A DNA stretch of 44,203 nucleotides, filler included, from Sphacelaria rigidula (taxonomy: Eukaryota): assembly GCA_964200075.2 (NCBI GenBank). It is 2 parts of 2 records of this genome, joined end to end, with 100 filler letters (N's around TTAATTAATTAA, not from the genome) between each part and the next. Parts side by side here need not be neighbours in the genome. Positions count along the whole stretch, not along the records: positions 22,154 to 44,203 come from CAXNAA020000360.1; 1 more part is not named here. One strand, written 5' to 3'. The notes below the pieces were generated by a model. It saw only the letters and a program-made list of their open reading frames with translations, searched no databases and was not told the DNA's origin. The position numbers and the translations under genes are program-made. Shown here piece after piece: positions 24,365 to 34,520 of this stretch (position 1 is its first letter; every line of letters begins with the position of its first letter).

Positions 24365-25814
24365 CGCGATCTTGCCCTTCCGAGGGATTTACCGGTCAAA
24401 AGAGGAGAGAGAGGACTCATTTGAGATCAAGATTTACGCCATGGATCTCACCGATACTCCCGGCGTAGTGCATATGATAGGATATACGAAAAGCTTCGAC
24501 GTAGAAAACCATGCGAAAAATTTCAGCAACGACGGTTCCGCAGATGCGAAAAATCACGCCATAGTTCCGACGCAGAAAACTATGCCATAGTGTCGGGGAA
24601 CGGTGGAAGGTATTCCGTAATCCTCCCCGAGATTCCAATCCAAGTTTGCGCTGGTTCATAAGTCACGTCAGCATCTCGGCTCAACAGGCAATCGGTAGGG
24701 TTCGGGCTTCGAGAGGATCGTGCTTGCGCAAAATTCTTCACCACTCTTCTCCTACCCGAATGAAGAGCCCTTGTCAGGGTGCCTAGTCAAAGTCTTGAGG
24801 ATTCCTCTGTTCGTCGCCCGCACGTCAAGGAAAACAAGGACACACCAGTATGCTGTAATACCGAGAATAGCCAACGTCTTACCCGTGAGCACTGCCAGCT
24901 AGCTTTTGAAAAACAGTATCTGACTAATCAACCAATCACGCCAGGCCTGCCAAACTTCCTGCTCGCTGTAGCACGGAGCTGTGCCGTGGCGCATGTTGTC
25001 TGGTGCTCTCGTGACGCGGTGGATACATAACAGTATTTTAATGATATATGCAAGCAATCAAGGTCTTAGTGAGGAGAGAGGAACGCACAAGCATACGTAC
25101 AGCGATCTACCCCCGCGAGAGGGGAAGGTCGGCCATAAACCCAGCGACGACGGATGAAAGACGTTCGCGGCAGGCTACGGGGTTACCCCATACGTACTTC
25201 GGGTACGTCGTGTTCAAGAGCATTCGAGATGAGCTGCATGTGGATGAAAGAAGCAATGACAGAAAATATACGACGTTTCGGCGAATCTCGGTCCAGACTC
25301 GTGCAATTCTTCTTCAGGAAACGTCACATTTTGACGATCGCTCATGGGAGCACAGCGCGTTGATTGCAGGCACGTCTTCGCATTTGAAGTGGTACGAGCG
25401 TAATGAAGGGGTGCAGCAGCTATAAGGGTTCTGATGGACAATAAAACCAGGGGTCTAGATGTTACACGTGACACTTCGACGTGACACATTCGAAAAAACG
25501 TGACTTCGGGTCATTCAACGCTACGTAAGGTTTGGTTTTTTGGATGGGACAAATGTAACGTAACGTGATGTAACGTGTGGTCTTTCGAATGAATCCTAAC
25601 GTAGCGTTTTACTTTCCCAAATACGACGAAAGCTCTGCTTGTTTTTGTGAATTTGTAATGTGTCACGTGTCACGTTACAAATTCACAAAAACAGTTTTTT
25701 TCTATCACGTGTGGAAAACTCCGAAATTTCCAAGATACACTGCTTCAACGACCACACTTTACATGACGAAGTAACGCCGTTATGAACTCCACTTTTATTT
25801 CGAGACGATGGGAC

Positions 25815-26422
25815 GCCAATATCGCTTCGCCACATTTTGTCAAGCTGTCCATGTTGCAGCTACAGCGTGCGTTTGCCCCAGGTGGCGCACGCAGGAGTGA
25901 GAGGCCGCCGCCTCCGCTGCTGTAATGGCTGCCTGTATCTTGGGCGAAGCTGTATGGTAACACAGCCACTATGGCGTGAAAGCCGCCGGTAACATTTCAC
26001 GTCATGAAGATGTTTACACAGCGTTGTCTCGAAGTGTAGCGTTGCAGCTATCAACTTCAACTTTAAGTACTGTATGAGTATTACACAATTTACAGTCGGC
26101 AATATATTATATACTGTCCGCAGCACACCTTTAACATTGTGTCCGTACTGATATAGAATCCTTGTCCAAGGTCTGGTACATTTCCACATATAATGCTATT
26201 TTGTGAAATCGTGAAGAAATTCACAACATCTGGGTGAACTGCAGGTGAGGCATTCGCCGAAATATCAACGTGCAAACTCCGCTCCAGTACACTGTGAGTT
26301 GATATGGCTAGAAGGACACTACTCGTACCATAACCACCTTGTCGGCTGCCAGACTGTCAGGACGTAGTATCCGCTAGTATTTATACTGGATGTAGGGGGA
26401 TGTTGCCTCCTTGCCGGGCACG
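25815..26422. repeat. About 600-bp unclassified dispersed repeat, copy A (copy B inverted at about 42299-42918)
   Basis: GCAGCTACAGCGTGCGTTTGCCCC here is the reverse complement of GGGGCAAACGCACGCTGTAGCTGC at about 42851; CCATAACCACCTTG matches CAAGGTGGTTATGG at about 42380. Confidence 0.85.
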
Positions 26423-26698
26423 TGGGTAAGGTCCATGGCAGAACGCAGTGGTCGCGTGAAAGAAGCTTAACCTTGACGTGTCGAGCTTTTCGGACCGGGA
26501 AACGTTCAGCCTAGACCCTCGCATATATGCCGGGGCCTAAATGCTGCTTCTTTTATGGTTTTCCGCGAGTGTTCATCCCTAACTGGGCGAAGATTGACGA
26601 TGGCGCCGAAAGGATCCGTTGTGGTCTGCGAGCCCGACCGAAATTGTACCTACTACAATGGTCATCAGACAGAACGAGATAAAAACATCATACAGTAT

Positions 26699-27988
26699 AC
26701 GTCGGACGAGTCATTACGCGTCGAAACGAGTGCACTCGTGGATGTTTTTCGAAAACACAACGAGCAAGACTCGTGTGCTCGAGTCATTATTTTTTTTCAC
26801 AACGAGTAATGACTCCTGTGCTCGAGTCATGAACTTTTTTCACAACGAGCAATGACTCGAGCACACGAGTCACTGTTTTTTTTTTCACAACGAGCGATGA
26901 CTCGTGTGCTTGAGTCATTCATTTCTTCACAACGAGCAATGGCTCGAGTGCTCGTCCCATAAATGTAATACTCAAGAGATTCGCTCCGCCGCTTTAGACC
27001 TCTGATCTGTGTGTGGAGGGGAGGAGGGGCGGGGGGTGCTTGGATAAAATAAAAACGTGCTTTTCTTTGGAGCTTGGCGCATGTGCAGATATGCATATTA
27101 TATATGAACTTGAAGATTCTACGTTCAAGATCGTCGAAGAGCTCATTATTATATTTGTTTGCTCGTCAGATTGCTGACTCCGGCTCTCAAGTCGTTCATC
27201 ACGAGAAATAATTCGTGTGCTCGAGTCATTTACTTCTCCACGACGAGCAATGGCTCGAGTACTCGCCCTGATAATTTTTTCCTCGACGAACAATGACTCG
27301 AGTGTTCGCCCTATTATTTTTTTCCACGACGAGCAGTGATTCGAGTGCTCGCCCTGATAGTTTTTTCCACAACGAGCAATGACCCGAGTGCTCGCCCTAC
27401 TATTTTTTTACACAGCGAGCGAAGACTCGAGTGCTCGCCCTACTAATTTTTTACACAATGAGCAATGACTCGAGTGCTCGCCCTATTAATTTTTTACACA
27501 ACGAGCAATGACTCAAGTGCTCGCCCTGATAATTTTTTCCTCAACGAACAATGACTCGAGTGTTCGCCCTATTATTATTTTTTTCCACGACGAGCAATGA
27601 CTCGAGTGCTCGCCCTACTATTTTTTTACACGGCGAGCGAAGATTCGAGTGCTCGCCCTACTAATTTTTTACACAATGAGCAATGACTCGAGTGCTCGCC
27701 CTATTAATTTTTTCCACACCGAGCAATGACTCGAGTGCTCGCCCTGATAATTTTTTCCTCAACGAACAATGACTCGAGTGTTCGTCCTATTATTTTTTTC
27801 CACGACGAGCAATGATTCGAGTGCTCGCCCTGATAATTTTTTCCATAACAAGCAATGACTCGAGTGCTCGCCCTACTATTTTTTTACATAACGAGCGAAG
27901 ACTCGAGTGCTCGCCCTTTATTTTTTACGGCCAACGATTAGCCCAACGAGTGCGAGTGCCACGAGTCATACTCGTGCTCGTCCGACGT
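26699..27988. repeat. Satellite-bearing element: about 43-bp tandem repeat (CAACGAGCAATGACTCGAGTGCTCGCCCTA/T-rich), about 16 units at 27241-27925 plus about 5 related units at 26755-26960, bounded by 12-bp inverted repeats
   Basis: Units read directly. ACGTCGGACGAG (26699-26710) and CTCGTCCGACGT (27977-27988) are a perfect inverted pair. Confidence 0.9.
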
Positions 27989-28235
27989 GTGACTCATTTC
28001 TCCACAACGAGCAATGAAAAAAACATACAATCTGATAAGAATAGTATCCGCCGTTTCAATGCAGACCGGGCCCTCAGCGCCTTGTGCAGCCACGGCTGCG
28101 GCTACGACACCTTACTGTAGTACCAATCAACACATCCCCCAAATTTTGGCGTCATCACAAGCGAGGTGCGGATTTTCTTGACGTCTAACCTTAAAAAACA
28201 CCGCCTCCATATTATTATCGAAAATGATATACACT

Positions 28236-28792
28236 GATTTGTCGCTTGCAAAACATCCGTCATGAATCCAGCAGCAAGAGTCTGCTGTGTAGGATGTGCG
28301 AGACCGCGAAGCCCGAGCACCGCACGCAGAGAAAGCCAGCCCTGACTGCGATAACAGGCATACTGAGTGGCACATGGACTATACCCCATTGCATACAGCT
28401 CGTACCATCAAGTGCTGATGTACGACGTACAAGCTCTCGCTTGCTGTACCTGGTATACGCTCTACCGCTGCGCGCTAAATCCACATAATCTCTTCTTCAA
28501 CTCTTCCATGCTGTTTTAACGTCTCTGGTTGAAGTTGAGAAAACATTTAAAGCATTTAGTACGTTACCGCCTCTGGTTGAAGTTGAGAAAACATCTATTT
28601 GAAGCACTTAGTACTCCTGACTCGTACAACAGGACGAGCAGAGCCGACTCAAACACCATGCTGGCGTTGTCTGTGTAATGCAGCCTATACTTACGTTGGA
28701 GCGACAGGCTTGCCTGCGGAGCCTTCTTCGTTGAAGTTATGCGGGTTTGGCACGAAGCCGCCATTGAACTCACCAAAGAGAGCGCTTCCCAG
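28236..28792 (-). CDS. Two putative spliced exons of unknown product (28792-28695 and about 28347-28236)
   Basis: ctacag|CTG...CCAAC|GTAAGT gives LGSALFGEFNGGFVPNPHNFNEEGSAGKPVAP. It joins in phase with ttatcgcag|T CAG GGC TGG... (TQGWLSLRAVLGLRGLAHPTQQTLAAGFMTDVLQ). A second frame is also open. Confidence 0.35.
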
Positions 28793-29460
28793 CTGTAGTT
28801 TAGGGTCGTGTAATCAAGGCTCCATGTCAGTTGTCATGTTTCCACCCATCCATGCCGGTCGTTCTGGCATCCGAGATGTCCTAACCAGATCCCCGAAGTC
28901 GTTGGCAAAACGACAGTATCACTCCAAGCGGCCCGATGAACGAAAACAACAACGGCTTGCCAATGGAATTTGGCTGCGATTGGTGGCCATACTATGATGT
29001 ATTGCTGCTGTTGTAGAGTTGTTTGGTGAATACACTCGGATTTGCAACTGTGCGTTGAGCCGGGGCCGTACCTGCTATGACATGTGTGGCCGTGTCGTGA
29101 GTTGGGGATATTTGGGCGCTTGGGTGGTCCGTGAGCAGCAAAGGGCACCGCGACAATCAGTGAACCGAATGGAGCAAAGCAGCCCTGTTATGAGGTGGAG
29201 CTTACTGGCTTGGTGCACTGCTGAGAACTTGACGTACAAACATAGGATCGTCTTTCCTGTTGTACTGTACCAACACTACTTTTCCTCAATCGCGAAAAAA
29301 GCGCTCATCGAATGAGCGATTTCTTCTGATATTGTACGAGTATTGTCTTCCCCTTGTCCATATATTCGTCTTTCCCTTGTCCAAAAAATAAAGTTCATTT
29401 CTCATCGCAAGCTTCCCAACCGTCCACCCTCAAACAATCATCCCCAATCAATCTTATGTA

Positions 29461-29940
29461 GAGGTGATAATTCAAATTCGGCTCCCGGTATATCCTGGCT
29501 TGTTTTGTTCTATTTTTCAAGTGAAGGTGATGGCGATTCATCATCAGAAGAAGATAATGAGACCCTTTTACTGGCAGGTCAGGTCCTCCTATGAATCGCT
29601 ATCACTTTCACTTGAAAAAATAGTACACGCCTCAGAGCCAGCGAATAAACCAGGATACCGGGAGCCGAGTTTGAGATACCTCTGGTAATAAAAACCAGAT
29701 CCCAACCCCAAAAATAAAATTAATATTCCAACAAATACTAATTAATCGATTTATTACAGGTATCTCAAACCCTGCTCCCGCTATCCTGATTTATGCCCTG
29801 ACTCTGAGCTGTGTAGTATTTTTTTCAAGTGAAAGTGATCGCGATTCATAGGAGGACCTGACCTGGCGGTCAAGAGGTCTCATCATATGTGATGAATCGC
29901 TCTGGGCAATCACTTTCACTTGATAAAACAAGAAAAACAA
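29461..29940. mobile_element. Two copies of a palindromic MITE in inverted orientation (29461-29682 and 29757-about 29940)
   Basis: Copy 1 ends: GAGGTG...TCAAATTCGGCTCCCGGTATATCCTGG and CCAGGATACCGGGAGCCGAGTTTGAGATACCTC. Copy 2 starts TA|CAGGTATCTCAAAC and contains the reverse complement of copy 1's core (CAGGTCAGGTCCTCCTATGAATCGC). Confidence 0.75.
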
Positions 29941-30279
29941 CCAACCAACGAAAACAGAAGCATTCTCAACCACTACACTACTGTACTCGGGACGCTGATG
30001 CAAACCAATAGGATTGAGACTTCAAACGAAAATGAAGGATGAAATGAAAGAGATGAAAAATCCAGATGAATTTTCTCTTCAAGCCGAAGAACTGTGCGAA
30101 TGCAATGGGAAACTCGTTAAAATAAGGATACAGTAATACTATCGTGTGGCGATCATGGCATACGCAGGTGGTGAAAACGGCCGCGGGTACGATAAACCGC
30201 AAACATTGACGAAAGTGATCGTCATTGTGGATTGCACACGGAACCCCAGATGATATCCCAGAACAACAACTGCGCTGTT

Positions 30280-31120
30280 ATGGCGCCCCGGAGCGGGTAC
30301 CTTGGCGTTTTTTTTGCGTTGTGGGGATTCCACTCTCGAATCGATCATGTCCTTGGCTTTCTTCACTCGGCTACAGCGGGAAATAACCAGAAATTCAAGC
30401 ACTGTTCGACGGCATGTCGCCCCAACGCTCGCGAGGTACAGTACAGTCTCGATCAGAGTGTCCAGTTAGTACCGAATGTAATCCTTACCAGCACACACTT
30501 GTCCTAGCCATCCTATGTGAAGCTGCCGTGTCCAAGGGGTCTGAATTCGCTTAGCGTCGGCGTCAAGATTAACGTTCTGGTTCTGATCTGAGGCGTGTTA
30601 CCTGCTAGCGAAAATTACGGAAAGTGCAGTGCGGGAGCCGTACACAACAGCAGACAGGCACATGCACACAGGATTTCACACACCGCTGCAGCGCACGTGC
30701 GACCAACAGTAGACCACATTGGTGTATTGTGACGCTATCATAGTGGCAGGCAGAGCAGTAGCCAACCACCGTTGATCGGCTTCAAGATTCGCTGCAGTAT
30801 CTGTGAAGCCTAGTAAATGGCCGAAGGCCTCCGTAGCATGGTACGGGTTCAAGTCGTCATCACCTGATCTGTATGAACTAATTATACGAGATGAACGTGT
30901 TGCGCGATCATGTGTTGTTGCGGCAGAGGCTGTCAAGTTTGGAGGCCAAGGTTGCCATCACATCGGATGACACGGCGTCAGCAAGATCATCGACAGCAAC
31001 AACTGGCGTGGGGAGGGGGAAAAACGAGGAGAAATTCGAGCAGTGGGCCGAGCAATCAGGAATAAAGGCGCCGAAGTTGCAGCACACCTTGTTTGCTGAC
31101 CCGCTCGTGGGAGATCTTAG
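30280..31120 (+). CDS. First two exons (30280-30435, 30927-31120) of a probable plastid-targeted SET-domain (Rubisco LSMT-like) lysine methyltransferase
   Basis: Phase-consistent GT/AG joins. Exon 1 MAPRSGYLGVFFALWGF...VLG-FLHSAT resembles a signal peptide with a +1 Phe (ASAFAP-like) followed by an S/T/R-rich transit peptide. Exon 2 ends EEKFEQWAEQSGIKAPKL...GDLR|, the typical LSMT/SETD3-type start (FxxWxxxxGi...RG). Downstream exons not confidently found. Confidence 0.6.
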
Positions 31121-31251
31121 GTACGAGAAGCGAACGGCCCGCACATAATGACCCTGCAAAACGATCAACACACTTCCAGGTCGGGTGCGAGCAGGCCTTC
31201 ATTTCTTATGCGCGTGTATAATCCGACATAAAACGGGTTTTTTTAAACATA

Positions 31252-31834
31252 CTCCCTCTGACCGGTAAAATAAGCAAGGTTTGAATTTCCGGTAATATAA
31301 GCAAGGTTTGTATGATTATGACAGGAACGTGCCATGTGAGCACGGTGGACGTCGGACAACTTTGGCATACGATCAGATATCATGCTGGAGAGAGAGAAAA
31401 AAATCCTCTCGATAGGGGGGGGGGAGGTGCGTTACCATCCCCTGATCGGGGAAATGGCGGAAATTTGGCATGAGTATACCCAGTGCCGCAGAATCCCGTC
31501 CTTGCTGCCGGCGAGAAGATGGCGAATCAGCTGTTCTCTCTCCGAAACGTTGGAATTCTTGCGTTTCTGCCACTGAGAGGCACTCCCAGCAGCGGACATG
31601 TCCCACAAGCAGATGGGAAGGCGTTTGACCGGGGTTCCAAAGTTTGGGTGGTTAAAGCGGGCGCCGTCTGCTGCGGTGGAATCCACTTTTCCCCTAACCC
31701 TTGAAAAAAAAACGGTTCTGCGCGCTGCGCGCCAGCGCGGCGGAACCAAAAAAACCGTCCCGAAAAAGAGTTTTGTAGACCCGAGTTAGACCGCATTTTG
31801 TTCAAACCTTGCTGATTTTACGGGTCAGAGGGAG
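31252..31834. mobile_element. Stowaway-like (Tc1/mariner) MITE, 583 bp
   Basis: 34-bp TIRs CTCCCTCTGACCGGTAAAATAAGCAAGGTTTGAA (2 mismatches between ends); TA on both sides (31250-31251, 31835-31836); no coding capacity. Confidence 0.9.
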
Positions 31835-34520
31835 TATGTTTTTCGAGATTTCAGAATAACAATGGGCATGAGAGCTAAGTTTACGTATAAGTTGGCGCAT
31901 GTAGTACTACGACGGGATTATGCGCCCCCTCCCCAGCAGATGGTAGCTGCCCAGAGGTGCTCCATGTGGCGTGGCTCTTGGTGTCGTGGCGTTTTGGTTC
32001 GAATAGCACCTCCAGTTTGAAGGAGCATGGGTTGTTTTTGGGGTTTTCTCGCGTGCTAATCTTCGATAGAACTCGAAAGTGCTAGCGTCGGTAGATGTTG
32101 GTGAAATAAACAGATTCTCCTCAAAACACAGTGCGCAAGTCAGGGTTAGTTAGTACTTCGGGCAATACGAGTAGATATTCCGTTTATCAGGAGGGTGTTA
32201 TCGACCGTAAAACACAGTTTTTCGGCTCTAGCGCAGTGAATAGGTAAAATTTCAAGAAACAGACCTTTTCATTTCTTTTCAGGGCCAGCTAGTATGGCAG
32301 CCAATCCCGAATCCGGGGGGATCCCGATCTGTGCCACCCCGGAGGAACTCAGATTCGCGAAACTCGGAGCCATGTGTAGGCCTGTATGTGTCACGGCTTC
32401 CCCGATTTGTTGAAATTGTTCTGTAGACAGAGGACCATTTTCTGGAGGGGTGTGGTGTGATAATGAAGCCGAAGAACAGGCAGGCAGTGAATCATCGTTC
32501 GAGAGCAGCGTCGTACCGTGGTACCCCAGGATATAATGCAGTGCAGTACACTCTACAATCACAGTACAGTACAAGATAATGCTGTGTGGTAATACATGAT
32601 AATACAGTCTGTATTGCGAGAGCAGTGCACAGTGTGCGACCAGAGTTCACGAGTGCAGTACCATTCGTCGCCCTTCAAGTACATCGACAGCAGAGTGTAG
32701 GATAGCACAGTACCGTTCATTATAATGATGTATACAGTAGTAGCGCAGTGCGGCATAAAATATTACCATCGCAGCAGGGTACGGCTTCAACACTTCTTTT
32801 CCGCTTGTCAAACCCCGTGCAAAGCTGTTCCAGCAGCTGGCGCTGGCAGGCACGCCCTGTGCTGTCACGAGACTGTCTGCTGCTGCGGTGGCAAAAATAT
32901 CAAACGCCTGTTGCCCTATCATCGTACGTCGATGTACGTACGCCACTCCCTACAGATTCGGGGCACCGTGATTTTCCCCCGATCTGCGCTCAGATTCGGG
33001 GAAAACCGTTCTCGAATGGTGACATACAAATCTGAGCCTCCCCAATATGGGCCAAATTGGGGTCCATACAAGGCGTTTCCCGATTTCAGGTCCCCCGATC
33101 TGCGTACAGATCCCTTTTTTGTGACTGCTATACAAGATGGTCTAACAAATACGATCGGGACAGGCTCGGTCGACCGAAAATATCACAGAGTCAGAATCTG
33201 GGGCTGAAAAGTGGCAAAACCCTCGATGACCGGTCAGCCCATAAGTCACTCAACATTGAATACAGAGGATTTTTTTCTTGGAATATTGAGCCGACACTAG
33301 TACCTTTAGATCCCCCACGTGATGAGCGGTGGCAAGCGAAAAAACCTGAGAAAATCGCCAATTACGAAGAAGTTACAGCAAGACCCTACTTCGAACTTGA
33401 GGTACGTACTGTAGTTTTTCTTTGTACTTTGTTGCGGGTCTGACATATCGGTGATTGTGCTGCATGTGAATTATTTATGTTGATGTGAAACTGACTAGAA
33501 TTTAATGTGTTGTATATCACGTCAGACGGCGACTCCCGCCACAACGTCTCACACCAAACAGTCCAGTCCCCAACTGTACAGTGTATAGCGCACAGTGCAC
33601 AGACAGTAGAGGAATGCCACGGTCGGCTGTGGATGATGCGGGGGTAGCTTGCTGGGCCAAAGGCTAGAGTGCCATGCGGTACCAAAATAAGCATAGTAGC
33701 GTGCAATCCACTACGTACTACGTGTATGATGGACGCCTGATATACGATGTCTAGTTGATGTATGCGAGAGCTAAAACGTGAGTTGCAGGAGTAAAGTCGT
33801 GGAGGGTAATAGCGCGCGGTAAAATCCAAGATAATTGTTTCGGCCCTTAAGATCCATGAACGGAGAAAACGAGCGAGCCTCCCTTCAAAGCAAACGTGAA
33901 ATCTTGAAAGATTCAACCTGTCGGCTTGTTTTCATGCTGGACGAACCGTTTCATGGGGGTTGCCGCCAGGAACCGCCACAACACGGATGCGAAGAAGGCT
34001 AAAACGTCGCGTATATTCCACCAATATACGCATAAGGCAGCCCATAATTTACACATCTTAGCACACAAGAAAAAATTAAACAAATAATTAAAAAGAAAGC
34101 GCATAAGAAACAAAGGACTAGGTGCAAGAGTGTCATGGTGCAAGGCAAGCTTCCCACTGTCGATTTGCTCTCTCTCAGAGTCATATGCACGATGAGTCAT
34201 TCATTGGCTTTGCCGTCGGAACAGACCCCGTGGTGATGTGCGTCGGGAAGCACCGGGGCGCATACTTGATAACAATCGTACTCTACTGTATCGCATTATA
34301 TACCATCGTGCCATGTGATACAGTACCCGCACAGGCAGTTCGTTGCTCGTAGGGGCCAACATGGTGCCACGCCTTTGCGCCAGCATTATGGACCGGTTCA
34401 ATTGCGTGGCTTGTTGGAGCTCCCCCTTCCAGGTCGCGTTCCCCCCACCCCTTATCTCCCCCTTCCTTCCAACCCCGCTCTTCACCGTGCACTGCACTCT
34501 GTTGTGCCGCCCACTTGCAG

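Noticed and set aside
25048..25425. Harbinger/PIF-like transposase fragment (125-aa ORF)
   Set aside because: Only a vague resemblance around LPHTYFGYVV; no DDE motifs visible
27241..27925. CRISPR-like array of palindromic repeats
   Set aside because: Inter-repeat segments are short, near-identical A/T tracts rather than unique spacers; no cas genes; eukaryotic context
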